From contig CAVOGP010000036.1 of assembly GCA_963695425.1 (NCBI GenBank), forward strand, positions 57,689 through 121,688: DNA of 64,000 nucleotides, in the 5' to 3' direction. Position numbers and translations under genes: made by a program. This document shows, one piece after another, positions 43,041 to 54,238 of the stretch. The stretch's first letter is position 1. Each line of letters begins with the position of its first letter. The stretch comes from an uncultured Alphaproteobacteria bacterium. GTDB taxonomy: Bacteria > Pseudomonadota > Alphaproteobacteria > Rhodobacterales > Rhodobacteraceae. Below the pieces are notes generated by a model that saw nothing but the letters and a program-made list of their open reading frames with translations, was not told where the DNA came from and did no database searches.

Positions 43041-44249
43041 CTATCCGACCCTCTGTGTGGTATGCGACTGCCCGAGAACCGCACGGATCGCGGCCAGGCC
43101 GCGGGCGACCTCGGCAGGGCCGGCGACGAGCGCGACCCGAATGTATTCATGTCCGGGGTTCACCCCGTCCGCCCCGGCGCGGCCGAGATAGGCGCCCGGC
43201 AGCACCTTCACCCCGGCCTCGCGCCAGAGCGCCAGCGCCGCCGCCTCGCCGTCGCCGACGCGCAGCCAGAGGAAGAACCCCGCCTGCGGCGACGTGTAGC
43301 CATCCGTGCCGCCGAGCACCTCGTCGGCCAGTGCGAACTTCTCGACATAGAGGGCCCGGCTCGCCGCCACATGCGCCTCGTCGCGCCAGAGCGCGGTGGC
43401 GGCGTGCTGAAGCGGCAGCGGCACCGGGGCTCCGCCATAGGCGCGGAGCTGGCGCAGGGCCGCGATGCCCGCCCGGCCGCCGGCCGCAAAGCCGCAGCGC
43501 AGGCCCGGGGCGCTGGAGCGTTTCGAGAGCGACTGGAAGACCATGACCCGCTCGGGATCGGCACCCATCGCCGCTGCCACGGCCATCGCGCCCGTCGGGG
43601 GCATGTCGCGGTAGATCTCGGAATAGCACTCGTCGGCGAGGATGCGGAAATCGTGCCGCTCCGCCAGCGCCAGCAAGCCGCGCAGATAGCCCTCGCTCGC
43701 CACCGCCCCCTGCGGGTTCGAGGGCGAACAGATGTAGCACAAGGTGACGCGGTCGAGCAGCGCCGCAGGCAGTGCTGCATAGTCGGGCAGGAACCCGGTC
43801 GCGGCAGTGGCGGGCACCGGAACGAGCTCCGCCGCCGCCGCAAGTGCCGCCGCGCCATAAGCCTGGTAGAAGGGATTGGGCACCAGCACCGCCGGCCGGC
43901 CCGCCGGCACCCGCTCGGGCGACAGTGCGAGGCCCGCGTTGAACAGCCCCTCGCGCGTGCCGTTCAGCACCATGATCCCGGTGTCCGGGTCGATGGTAAC
44001 GCCGTAGCGCCTCGCCAGCCAGTCGGCGATGGCGGCGCGCAGCTCGGGCGTGCCATCGTTGGGCGGATAGCTTGAGAACCCGTGCGCGTTCTCCGCGACG
44101 ATGCGTCCGACGAACTCCGGCAGCGCATGCCGCGGCTCACCGATAGACATGGAGATCTCGGGCTCGCCCGGCACAGTACCGGCCAGGAGCTTCCGCAGTC
44201 GCGGAAACGCATATTCCGGCAGGCCTGAGAACCGCTCGGGAAACTGCAT
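43041..44249 (-). CDS. Class I/II PLP aminotransferase (DapC-like)
   Basis: IGEPRH, NGTREGLF, CSPSNPQG, DECYSEI, SLSKRSSAPGLR. Confidence 0.9.
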   Translation of the reverse strand: MQFPERFSGLPEYAFPRLRKLLAGTVPGEPEISMSIGEPRHALPEFVGRIVAENAHGFSSYPPNDGTPELRAAIADWLARRYGVTIDPDTGIMVLNGTREGLFNAGLALSPERVPAGRPAVLVPNPFYQAYGAAALAAAAELVPVPATAATGFLPDYAALPAALLDRVTLCYICSPSNPQGAVASEGYLRGLLALAERHDFRILADECYSEIYRDMPPTGAMAVAAAMGADPERVMVFQSLSKRSSAPGLRCGFAAGGRAGIAALRQLRAYGGAPVPLPLQHAATALWRDEAHVAASRALYVEKFALADEVLGGTDGYTSPQAGFFLWLRVGDGEAAALALWREAGVKVLPGAYLGRAGADGVNPGHEYIRVALVAGPAEVARGLAAIRAVLGQSHTTQRVG

Positions 44250-44467
44250 CACTTCGCCTCGAAGCCGGGGTCTTGGGTGCCCCGAACGTCGGAACTCTAT
44301 CCGCCAAGTGCTTCCGGGTCCAGATTTTTGCGCGACGGCCCGCACTTGAGGCCGCCCCCGCTGCCCATCAGCCACACCTGCACCTGGTACGCGGCTTCGC
44401 GCGTTAGCACAGGTTGCTGCGTTCGTTAACGCCGCAAGCACAACTGTTTTATATCAATAGCATAAGC

Positions 44468-44489
44468 GGATTCCCAACCTTGGGAATCC
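44468..44489 (-). terminator. Perfect 10-bp inverted repeat after the amidase gene
   Basis: GGATTCCCAA-CC-TTGGGAATCC. Confidence 0.4.
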
Positions 44490-44499
44490 CGCCGCCGCG

Positions 44500-45835
44500 T
44501 CAAGCCGCCAGCGCCACCTCCATGGCAACCCCGAGCCGTAGCAGCCGCGCCTCCGCACCCGGCGCAGCCATGGCCATCAGCCCGCAGCTCGGCACGCCCG
44601 TTGGAAGGGTGAGGGCCGTCAGGCCGAGCAGGTTGGCGACGTTGGGGTTGCGCAGCGCCAGAAGGTTCTCGGTGGCGAAGTACGCGGGGTCCGCCAGCAG
44701 TCGGTCGAGTTCTGGGCGGAAGGTTCGCCGTGGTCGGCAACAAGACGGCGTCGTAGCCGGCGACCGCGTCGTGCCAGGCGGCGCGCTCGCGGTCGAGGGC
44801 GCGGAGAGCGGCGACGTAGTCGGCGGCGACGATGCCGATGCCGAGGCGAAAGCGGTCGCGGATCGGTGCGTACATCGCCTCCGGGTTTGCCTCTATGGTG
44901 TCGCGCCAGACGCCATAGGCCTCGGCGGGGGCGATCGTCGCGGCGAGCTTCAGCACCGCCACCGCCGGCGCGCACCGCCCGCGCTCCAGCCGCGCGCCCG
45001 CCGCGCCCAGCAGGTCGGCCGCCGCCTCGAAGGCCGCCCTTGGCGCATCGCGGACCGGCAGCGCCTCGGGGTCTTCGAGCACAAGGAGGCGGGCGCCGGT
45101 CAATGTCGCGCCGGTAAGGTCAGGGGCGGGGTCGCCCGCCAACGCGCCGAGAAGGAGGGCGGCGTCCTCCACCGAGCGGCAGAGCGGGCCCACGGTGTCG
45201 AAGCCGGGGCGGAGCGGCACCACCCCTTCGAGCGACAAGCGGCCGTGCGTGGGCTTGAAGCCCACGAGGTCGTTCCAGGCTGCCGGGACGCGAACCGAGC
45301 CCGCGGTGTCGGAGCCGATCCCCGCCGCGGCAAGGCCGAGGGCAACCGAGGCGGCGGCACCGGAGGAGGAGCCGCCGGGCACCAGCTCGGGATCGTTGAT
45401 GTTGGGCGGCGTGGCAGTGATCGGGTTGATCCCGATCACGGAGAAGGCGAGCTCGGTCATGTGGGTCTTCCCGAGGCACACCAGCCCCGCCCGGCTCGCC
45501 GCGGCGAGCACCGCCGCGTCCGCCACCGGCACCCGCCCGCGCAGCAGCGCTGAGCCTGCCTCGGTCGCGGTGCCGGCGCTGTCGAACAGGTCCTTCCAGC
45601 TTATCGGCACCCCGTCGAGCGGTCCGCGCCTGAGCCCGTCCCGCGCCCGCCCGGCCGCGGCCCCGGCCTCGGCGCGGGCGCGCTCCGCGGTGGTGCGGGC
45701 ATAGACGCCCGGGGACTGGGGATGGGTCTCTATCGCTGCGAGATAGACCTCGGTCAGCTCGCGCGGGTCGATGCCGCCCGCCTCGATCCCGCGCCCCAGA
45801 TCCGACGCCGTCATCCACAGCCAGCTATCCGACAT
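44500..45835 (-). CDS. Amidase-signature family protein; frameshift near 44710
   Basis: GPLDGVPISWKDLFD, PGGSSSGAA, GSDTAGSVRVPA. Confidence 0.9.
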
Positions 45836-45918
45836 CGGCGTTCCTCCGGTCCCGCCCGCAACCTAGCGAGGCGATTGGCGGTGGACAATCGCCGAGGCCC
45901 GGCGCTAGCTCTCGCCCC

Positions 45919-47145
45919 ATGCAGCGGGACACCGATGTGCTGATCGTGGGCGGCGGGCTGAACGGCCCGGCGCTGGCGCTGGCCTTGGCATCCGGGGGCG
46001 TGCGCTCGATCGTGCTCGACGCCCAGCCCCGCGAGACCCGCACCGCCGCCGAGTTCGACGGCCGCGCCTACGCGCTGGCGCTGGCCTCGCGGCGGATGCT
46101 GGGCGCCCTCGGCCTCTGGCGCGGGCTGGAGGCGCAGGCGCAGCCGATCCTCGAGATCAAGGTCAGCGACGGCCGCGCCGGCGAGGGCGCGGCGCCCTGG
46201 TTCCTCCACTTCGACCACCGCGAGATCGACGAGGGCCCCATGGGCCACATGATCGAGGACCGCTATCTGCGCGCCGCCCTGATCGCCGCGATGGATGCCT
46301 CCGACCGGATCGAGCACCGCGCCGGGGTGCGCGCCGTGGCTCAGGCGGCGGAGCCCGGCGGTATCACGGTCACCCTCGACGATGGAACGGCGCTGCGATC
46401 GGCGCTTCTGGTCGGCTGTGACGGCCGTGCCAGCGAGGTGGCCCGTCGCGCCGGCATCGCCCGCCACGGCCGCGACTACCGCCAGACCGCGCTCGTCTGC
46501 GCCGTCGAGCACGAAATGCCGCACGGCGGCATCGCCCACCAGTTCTTCATGCCGCAAGGCCCGCTCGCGATCCTGCCGCTTCCAGGCAACCGATCCTCGA
46601 TCGTCTGGACCGAGACCCGCGACCGTGCCGAGGTCATCGCCCGGCTCGACGAGGCGACTTACCTCGACGAGCTTCGCCCGCGGTTCGGCGACTTCCTCGG
46701 CGTGCTGCGGCTGGCCGGTGCGCGCCACAGCTATCCGCTGGAATTGTCGCTCGCCGCCCACTTCGCCGCGCCGCGGGTGGCGCTGGCTGGCGACGCGGCG
46801 CACGGCATCCATCCACTGGCGGGCCAGGGGCTGAACCTCGGCCTTCGCGACGTGGCGGCTCTGGCCGAAGTGCTGGTCGCCGCCCGCCGCCGCGGCCAGG
46901 ATCTGGGCGCAGCCGACGTGCTCGACGCCTACCAGCGCTGGCGGCGGGCGGACACGGGGCTCCTGGTCGCCGCGACCGATGGGCTCAACCGGCTGTTCTC
47001 CAGCGACAACCCGGTCCTGCGGCTCGGCCGCGACCTCGGCCTCGGGCTCGTCAATCGCCTGCCGGCGCTGCGGCGCGGCCTGATCCGCGAGGCGGCGGGG
47101 CTGACCGGCGACCTGCCGCGCCTGCTGCGGGGACGGCCGATCTAA
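45919..47145 (+). CDS. ubiL: Ubiquinone biosynthesis FAD hydroxylase (UbiH/UbiL family)
   Basis: IVGGGLNG, DGRAYAL, GDAAHGIHPLAGQGLNLGLRD; synteny with amidase and ftsK. Confidence 0.85.
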   Translation: MQRDTDVLIVGGGLNGPALALALASGGVRSIVLDAQPRETRTAAEFDGRAYALALASRRMLGALGLWRGLEAQAQPILEIKVSDGRAGEGAAPWFLHFDHREIDEGPMGHMIEDRYLRAALIAAMDASDRIEHRAGVRAVAQAAEPGGITVTLDDGTALRSALLVGCDGRASEVARRAGIARHGRDYRQTALVCAVEHEMPHGGIAHQFFMPQGPLAILPLPGNRSSIVWTETRDRAEVIARLDEATYLDELRPRFGDFLGVLRLAGARHSYPLELSLAAHFAAPRVALAGDAAHGIHPLAGQGLNLGLRDVAALAEVLVAARRRGQDLGAADVLDAYQRWRRADTGLLVAATDGLNRLFSSDNPVLRLGRDLGLGLVNRLPALRRGLIREAAGLTGDLPRLLRGRPI

Positions 47146-47227
47146 CGGCGGAACGTACAGATTCCTCTGGACAGATTTTCCCTCCTGACCTACTCAGCCG
47201 CCTCAGCCGATGGCACGTCCATCGCTG

Positions 47228-47302
<75 letters not shown>

Positions 47303-47387
47303 ACAAAACCAAAAACTTAAGCGCATTCTTCTGAAACAAGCGCTGGACCAAGGTAACACCACAGACAACGCTCGCACCCGAGGCGGC

Positions 47388-47482
47388 TCACCGTACCCGC
47401 ACGCCCGACCCGTCGCCGTTCCGCTCAATGAACGCGACGCCCGCGAATTGGAGCGCGGCGCGGATTGCGGCAATGCTCGCCC
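47388..47482 (-). pseudogene. C-terminal scrap of an XRE-family regulator
   Basis: Manual translation IAAIRAALQFAGVAFIERNGDGSGVRVR*. Confidence 0.55.
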
Positions 47483-47575
47483 AGTGTGGCTCGCGCTATG
47501 GAGTGCGCCCCTCGCACTGGACAGGTGAGTTGCCTGGCGATTGACCGTGGGCGGGCTTTCTGAGGCAAAAGGCCC

Positions 47576-47670
47576 ATGCCCAGACACCGCAGCCACAGCA
47601 CCGCCTTCAAGCGTCAGGTCTTTGCCGAGTACCACGCCGGGGAGACGCTTCACGCGCTCGGCCGACGGAA
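47576..47670 (+). mobile_element. IS3-family transposase OrfA N-terminal fragment
   Basis: MPRHRSHSTAFKRQVFAEYHAGETLHALGRR. Confidence 0.65.
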
Positions 47671-47809
47671 GGCGCGGCGTCCAACTTCTTCTGCGGCGGG
47701 CTGCGCCGTTCCATGCGACCTCGCTCGTTGCACAATGTTCGTGATATGTTCCAAAAAATGCCGCTCGCACAAGAGCTTTGGCGAGCAAACATGTGTGGGA
47801 GGGACTAGG

Positions 47810-48306
47810 GCACTTCGGCGCTCGAGCCTGGTCCCGCACCAGCGAGCGCCAGCCGATCAGGCCGCCGCAGAGCAACGGCGCGAGCGCCACCGAATTGACG
47901 TCAGAATCGAGGTCGAAAGCGAAAGCTGCATCGGCGACCACATGGTGGCGGACCCGCCGTCGTGCGTGTAGCCTGTGAAGACCGCACTGTCACACAGGTT
48001 CTCGCGCCCATCGGCGCAATAAGCGCACGTTCCGCAGGTGAGACCGAGCCATGGCACCCCAACGCGCCGACCCGGTCGCGGGGCGTTCACCCCCGACTGG
48101 CGCGGTCGACGATGCCAACCACCTCATGGCCCGGGACGAGTTGCAGCCCGGGTCGGGAAGATCGCCGTCCACCACATGCAGGTCGGTTCGGCCGGTCGCA
48201 CAGACCTCGATCCTCAAGCGGATTGTCGCCAGGCTCGGGCAGCGGATCGTCTTTTCAATTGCCTTCAACAGGGTCGCTACCTGCTCGAGTTGCATGGCGT
48301 GCACGA
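47810..48306 (-). pseudogene. Zinc-dependent alcohol dehydrogenase, fragmented
   Basis: RTDLHVVDGDLP, RVGVPWLGLTCGTCAYCADGRENLCD, APLLCGGLIGWRSL spread over frames; truncated. Confidence 0.8.
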
Positions 48307-48424
48307 TGGATTCCGGCCAGTCGCCGGCGGCTCGAAGATCGCATCGTCCCTGCGCGATCTTGCCATGGTTCAATGCTATGGTGATTCTGGCGAAGGAACG
48401 TTCTCAGGCGCCGGCCGGAGCCGC

Positions 48425-49543
48425 CTATTTCTTCAGCGCCAGCCGCGCGGAAAGCCCGTCGATCCCGAGCGCCCGCCCGACCGCAGCGTAGGTCAGGTGC
48501 CCCGCATGCACGTTCAGCCCTGCCAGCAGGTGCGGGTCCTCCTCGCACGCCCGCCGCCACCCCTTGTCGGCCAGCGCCAGCATGAAAGGCATCGTCGCGT
48601 TGCCGAGCGCGATCGTCGAGGTCCGTGCCACCGCCCCCGGCATGTTCGCCACGCAATAGTGCATCACCCCATCCACCTCATAAACCGGGTCCTCGTGCGT
48701 CGTCGGCCGCGACGTCTCAAAGCACCCGCCCTGGTCGATAGCCACGTCCACCACCACCGCCCCCGGCAGCATCTCCTTGAGCTGGTCCCGCCGCACCACC
48801 TTCGGCGCCGCCGCCCCCGGGATCAGCACCGCCCCGATCACCAGATCCGCCTCCCGCACCGCCGCCTCCGTCTCCGCCCGCGAGGCATGCCGCGTCCGGA
48901 ACTCCCGACCATAGACCTCGTCAAGGTGCCGCAGCCGCGCCAGCGACAGGTCGAGCACCACTACCTCGCCCCCCATCCCCGCCGCCACGCGGGCGGCGTG
49001 GGTCCCCACGACCCCTCCGCCAATCACCGCCACCTTCGCCGGCGCTACTCCCGGCACGCCACCGAGCAGCACCCCCCGCCCGCCGTTGGCGTTCTGCAGC
49101 GTCCAGGCCCCGACCTGCGGCGCCAGCTTCCCCGCGACCTCCGACATCGGGGCGAGAAGCGGCAGCCCTCCGCGCGCATCCGTTACCGTCTCGTACGCGA
49201 TCGCCGTCACCCCCGATGCTATCAGGTCCCGGGTCTGCTCTGGATCGGGCGCCAGGTGTAGATAGGTGAAAAGGACCTGCCCGGCCTTGAGCTGCCCCCG
49301 CTCCCCCGCCTGCGCCTCCTTCACTTTAACGATCAACTCCGCTCGCGCGAACACCTCCTCCGCCGTTCCCACCACTTCCACGCCGACCGCCTCATAGGCC
49401 GCATCCGCGAACCCAGCCCCCATCCCGGCGCCCGATTCCACCAGCACTTGGTGCCCACGCCCCAACGCCTCTTTCGCCGCTCCCGGCGTCAGCCCTACCC
49501 GGAACTCCTGCGGCTTAACCTCCTTCGGACACCCAATCAGCAT
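48425..49543 (-). CDS. ald: Alanine dehydrogenase
   Basis: IGCPKEVKPQEFRVGLTP, FTYLHLA, LLAPMSEVAG, DVAIDQGGCFETS, YCVANMPGAV. Confidence 0.95.
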   Translation of the reverse strand: MLIGCPKEVKPQEFRVGLTPGAAKEALGRGHQVLVESGAGMGAGFADAAYEAVGVEVVGTAEEVFARAELIVKVKEAQAGERGQLKAGQVLFTYLHLAPDPEQTRDLIASGVTAIAYETVTDARGGLPLLAPMSEVAGKLAPQVGAWTLQNANGGRGVLLGGVPGVAPAKVAVIGGGVVGTHAARVAAGMGGEVVVLDLSLARLRHLDEVYGREFRTRHASRAETEAAVREADLVIGAVLIPGAAAPKVVRRDQLKEMLPGAVVVDVAIDQGGCFETSRPTTHEDPVYEVDGVMHYCVANMPGAVARTSTIALGNATMPFMLALADKGWRRACEEDPHLLAGLNVHAGHLTYAAVGRALGIDGLSARLALKK

Positions 49544-50177
49544 AGCGCCTCCCCTTTCCCCGACTATACCCCCGCGCCCGCCCCCCCCCTATTTCGAAAT
49601 TGCAGTGAGGTTGAGGGACATTTCGGCCGCAAGGGCGCTGATCCGTTCCAGGGCCGTTACCGTGCGATTGTGGCAGGCCCGCTGTCAATCCCGGAGCAAT
49701 AAGGGGCCACGGCCCGGCGTCGTGGGCACCCACGATCACCGGCGCTTTCGACCATACCACCGCTACGGCGTTCAGGCGGGCGCCGGCCTTCGGGAAGACC
49801 TCCGACCGGATCGAGTTGGCGTGCCGCAGCCCGAGCCCGGCGCCGACGATCTGTTGGCGCCAGCCCAGCTTCAGGACTGCGGCGGCTCCGGCATCGCCGC
49901 CATCGCCGCCCGTTCGCCAGCGGCGATCCCGGCCGCCATCACCGCGACATGGTCCGATCTGGTGTCGAGCTTCAGCTTCATGAGGGTCGCACGTCGAGCA
50001 CCCAGACCAGCCTCCCGCCGGTCACACAATAGGGTAGTGCGCCCGGCGCCGAAACTGACATAGTGAAGCGCCCGGGTCGCGTATGCGGCCCGGATGCGAT
50101 CCGGCCGCGGGTCGGCGGGCCGCCCATGGCGCTCGCGGGGACCCCGTCGATTAGGGGCGCAGGAGTGAGGAAAGCGG

Positions 50178-50918
50178 ATGATTTGGGCCTACCGGCTGGG
50201 GTTCCTGGCGATGCTGCTGGCGCTCTGGACGCTCGCTGCCCAGGAGTTCGGGCGAAACGTTGTGCCGACTCCGCTGGCGACGCTCGAGGCCGCTCAGCGG
50301 CTGATTGCCGAAGGCCGGCTGCAGACCGCCCTTGCGGCGTCGCTCAAGGTCTATCTTTCCGGCTATGCGCTGGCGGTGATCTGCGCCATTCCCGTCGGGG
50401 TCCTGATGGGCGGGTTCCGCCTGTTGGGCAAGACGCTCGAGGTCTATGTCTTTGCCCTCGCCGCGACGCCGCGTGTCGCGTTCATCCCGCTGATCATCGT
50501 GGTTCTGGGGCTCGGCACCGACGCCAAGATCTTCATCATCTTTTTGGGCGCGCTGATGCCGATCCTGATCAACACCTATGCCGGCGTGCTGGCAGTCGAC
50601 AACGAGCTGGTCGAAATGGCGCAGTCGGCCGGGGCCAGCCGGCGGCGCATCTTTGTCAGCATCGTGCTGCCAGGCGCCTTGCCGTTCATCGTCACCGGCA
50701 TGCGGCTTGGCGCTACCATCGGGCTCATCAACACGGTGGTCGCCGAACTTTATACGGCGGTGAACGGGCTGGGAGGCCTGCTCGCCATATACGGCAATAC
50801 GTTCCGGATGGCCGAGTACTTCGTCGTCGTGATCACCCTCGCGATCGTCGGCGTGGTGGTGACCGAAGCGCTCCGGCACGTAGAATCGCGCCTCGCCCGC
50901 TGGCGGGGGGCAACGTGA
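50178..50918 (+). CDS. NitT/TauT ABC permease
   Basis: ATPRVAFIPL, INTYAGV, IVLPGALPFIVTGMRLG, VVAEL. Confidence 0.88.
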   Translation: MIWAYRLGFLAMLLALWTLAAQEFGRNVVPTPLATLEAAQRLIAEGRLQTALAASLKVYLSGYALAVICAIPVGVLMGGFRLLGKTLEVYVFALAATPRVAFIPLIIVVLGLGTDAKIFIIFLGALMPILINTYAGVLAVDNELVEMAQSAGASRRRIFVSIVLPGALPFIVTGMRLGATIGLINTVVAELYTAVNGLGGLLAIYGNTFRMAEYFVVVITLAIVGVVVTEALRHVESRLARWRGAT

Positions 50919-50976
50919 AACGGGCAAGGCAGCCGGTCCGTCGAGCCGGCCCGACCAACCCAAGGGAGGACTGGAA

Positions 50977-52005
50977 ATGAAGCGAACCAAGCGCTTGACG
51001 GCGCTGATGTCAACGATCTCGGTTGCAATACTGGTCTCGGCCAGCATGGCGGCGGCTGAACCGTTCCGGCTCATCCTGACCCATCTGGAGCCACCGCTGG
51101 TTCCCAACTCGGTCATGGATCTCGCCCTGGAGCTCGGCTACTTCGAGCGCGAGGGGGTGGAGGTCGAGCTGGTCCGGGTACAGCAGACCCCCCTGGCACT
51201 GGCCTCGATCCTGGCCGGTGAGGGCGAAATGGCCAATGTCTCGGTCGATGGCGTTCTGCAGCTGGTGGCCCAGGGCGCGTCGCCGCTGCGGGCAGTCACC
51301 TCCCCCAACAAGTCGCTGCCGTTCCTGATCGCGGCCAGGTCCGACATCGCCACACCGGCAGACCTTGCCGGCCATAGCTTCGGGGTGGGGCGCATCGGCA
51401 GCCTCGACCATTCGCTGAGCGCGAAGGTGCTGGCCGGCGAGGGTGTCGACATGGCCACGCTCGACGTCGTCACGCTGGGCCAGCCTTCCGTGCGCGCCCA
51501 GGCGCTTGCCGCCGGTCAGGTGGATGCGACCACCATGTCGATCGGGGTATGGCTGTCGATCCCCGACAGGACGGGGCTGTCGGTGCTGATTCCGCAGGGT
51601 GCCTACTACGAGGCAGCGCCAGTCGTCAACAAGGTCAACGTGGTCTCAGCCGACGCACTCGCTAACCGGCGCGACGAGGTGGTCGCAGTGGTCCGCGCGC
51701 TGGTGAAAATCTCGCGCGACTTCGCCGCCGATCCCGGCGCATGGGCGGAGGCCATGGCGCCCTATGGCGGCAACCTGACGCCCGAGGACCTGCAGATGCT
51801 GGCCGAGAGCTTCGATGGCAGCTGGAGTATTAACGGCGGCATGAGCCGGGAAGAGCTTCAATACACCCAGGACTGGCTGTTTCAGACCGAGGACTTCCAG
51901 GGCCTCTCTCCGGTGGAGCTCGACGCCTGGGTCGACTTTTCGGTCGCCGACGACGCGCTCGCCGCGCTCAGCACCTCGCCGGGAGCGGACCAGCCTGCCC
52001 GATGA
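50977..52005 (+). CDS. NitT/TauT (NMT1/SsuA-like) substrate-binding protein
   Basis: Signal peptide; ALELGYFEREGVEVELV, ALAAGQVDA. Confidence 0.88.
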   Translation: MKRTKRLTALMSTISVAILVSASMAAAEPFRLILTHLEPPLVPNSVMDLALELGYFEREGVEVELVRVQQTPLALASILAGEGEMANVSVDGVLQLVAQGASPLRAVTSPNKSLPFLIAARSDIATPADLAGHSFGVGRIGSLDHSLSAKVLAGEGVDMATLDVVTLGQPSVRAQALAAGQVDATTMSIGVWLSIPDRTGLSVLIPQGAYYEAAPVVNKVNVVSADALANRRDEVVAVVRALVKISRDFAADPGAWAEAMAPYGGNLTPEDLQMLAESFDGSWSINGGMSREELQYTQDWLFQTEDFQGLSPVELDAWVDFSVADDALAALSTSPGADQPAR

Positions 52006-52881
52006 CGGAGACGATCGACGACCGCGCCGGCGGGGCGCCAGACGGTCCGCCGGGCTCTCAGCCTGCCATCCTGTTCGACAAGGTCAGCAAGACGTTCACC
52101 ACCGCCGGCGGGCGCGCCTCGGTTCCGGCGGTCCGGGACATCTCGTTCGCCGTCGGACCCGCGACATTCATGGCGCTCCTGGGGCCGTCCGGCTGCGGAA
52201 AGACCACGATCCTTCGGATCGTGGACGGCCTGATCCAGGGCGACTCGGGCCGCGTCGAGGTGTTCGGCGCCCCGCCGAAGCCTGGGCCGGATATCGGCTT
52301 CGTGTTCCAGACCTTCCGGCTGATCCCCTGGGCCAACGTTCAGGAAAACGTCGAGTTCGCCCTGAAGAGCATGCCGCTCAGTCGCGCCGAGCGGCTGGAA
52401 CGGGCAGACCGCCACCTCGAGATCGGTCGGGCTGGCCGGGTTCCGGCGCGCCTATCCGGGCGAACTTTCCGGCGGCATGCGGCAGCGCGTGGCACTGGCG
52501 CGGGCCCTGGCGACGGAGCCGGGCATCCTGCTGATGGACGAGCCCTTCGCCAGCATCGACGCGCAGACCCGCGAGCTGATGCAGATCGAGCTGATGCGCA
52601 TCTGGACGGTTCGCAGTCCGGTGGTGCTGTTCGTCACCCACAGCGTCGACGAGGCGATCATCCTGGCCGACCGCATCCTGCTCCTGGGGCCGCGTCCGGG
52701 CCGGGTGGTCGAAGCGGTCGACGTCGAGCTCGAACGGCCGCGCTGGGCCTACGACGCCCGCGCCGAGCCCCGCTATGTGGAGTTGCGAAGCTACCTGTCG
52801 GGCCGAATGCGCGAGCTGGTACTGTCGGACCCTTCCTCGGAGTTCTACGGGCGAGACCTTACGCCGCCAGGGGATCGATGA
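52002..52881 (+). CDS. NitT/TauT ABC ATP-binding protein; frameshift near 52425
   Basis: [33 protein letters not shown]. Confidence 0.88.
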
Positions 52882-53053
52882 ACGGGTTTGTCACCGGCCC
52901 GGCAACGCGCCGCCATGCCGCGCCCGGCGGAAATTGGCCCTTGCAATCGACGCCCGTGTCGGCTTCGCTGCGTGCATATTCGCCTTTCGCTTCAGCCGCA
53001 GACGCCACACGGCCTGGCCGCGGTGGTGATCGGCCAGCAACGGGAGGAACCGT

Positions 53054-53574
53054 ATGAAACTCACCGTTCACGGTCCTGCAGCACGCCTCGCGCGGGCCTT
53101 GGGACCTGTCGCCAGCGCCTGGCTGATCCTGTCGGCGCCAGCCCTCGGCGTACAGCCGTTCTCACCGGCCGGTGTCGCATCTGCCCCGGCCGGGCGGACC
53201 GTGTTCATCTGGCCCAAGCCGATGCGGCTGCGGTCGAACATCCGGTCACCTTCTCGTCTGACCAGGCAGATCGCGGAGAGGAACTGTACGCGAGAGAGTG
53301 CGAGGAGTGCCACGGAGACGATCTCAGGGGTGGGCTGAACGGTGGAGCGCCGCTGCGCGGCCTGAATTTCGAGCAGAAGTACGCCAATGGGGCGCCAGCA
53401 TCCGCGTTGTTCATGTTCACGAGCAGCCAGATGCCGCCCGGCTCGCCAGGCCGATATTCTCCCAGCACCTACGCAGATCTGGTGGCCTACATCCTGAAGC
53501 GGAACGGCTTCAAGGCCGGCGCGCCACTGCCCACGGATCTGGATTTGCTGGACTATCTGATGATGGTGAAGTGA
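53054..53574 (+). CDS. Periplasmic monoheme cytochrome c; frameshift near 53205
   Basis: GGAGG RBS and signal peptide, then QADRGEELYARECEECHG (CxxCH) and axial Met in SQMPP. Confidence 0.85.
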
Positions 53575-53623
53575 TCGCGGGCGGGCGCTGGGTCAGCGGC
53601 AGGCTTTCGGCCAAGCCCTGCTC

Positions 53624-54231
53624 ATGGGGCTGACGGACCTCACCCTCCAGGCGATCGCCTTTCGTGTCCTGGCGCTTCTGATCGTCGCAGGGCTTCATGG
53701 TGGCATCGTTTCGCGGGCAGCGGTGCTGCTGGGCGACAAGGGACCCAAGTACGACGGTCGCCTGACCGTGGTGCCCACCGGCCACATCGATCTCGTCGGC
53801 GCATTCAGTCTGGTCCTGTACGGACTGGGCTGGGGCAAGCCGGTGGCTATCGACGTGCGCGAGTTCCGCATCGGTCGGTTCGGCATCGTCGTCGTCATCC
53901 TGCAGGCTTCGCCGGCCTGCTCGTGCTGGCAGCACTTCTCGACGCCCTTGTCCTGCCGGCGCTCACGATGTTGCCGCACTCGGCCGCGCTGACCACGGCG
54001 GCGTTCCTGCGGGTCGCGAGCAGCCTGGCGATCTGGTTCGCGTTGTTCAGCCTCGTCCCCATCCCGCCGCTCACCGGCGGGCTGCTCCTGGATGCCTTCG
54101 GCATCCGTGTCCCGCCGCAGGTCCGGTGGATACTTGTCGCCGTGCTGCTGGTGGCGGTGGCAACGGGCCTCGTTCGCCAGCTTCTCGGCCCGGCCTACGC
54201 CGTGCTGTCGCCCGTCATCCTCGGCAAGTGA
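53624..54231 (+). CDS. Site-2 protease (M50, YwhC-like) homologue lacking catalytic residues; one-base frameshift near 53902
   Basis: LGDKGPKYDGRLT..P..HID..G, GWGKPV, FSLVPIPPLTG; HExxH reads HGGIV. Confidence 0.75.
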
Positions 54232-54238
54232 ACGGGGC

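Noticed and set aside
41565-44075. Very long antisense ORFs (836 aa here; also 61613-63652 and 30927-32603)
   Set aside because: They shadow well-supported genes on the opposite strand, as expected in high-GC DNA, and show no recognisable motifs
49600-50170. Possible degraded gene(s) between ald and the ABC permease
   Set aside because: Coding-like but could not be assigned to a family in any frame
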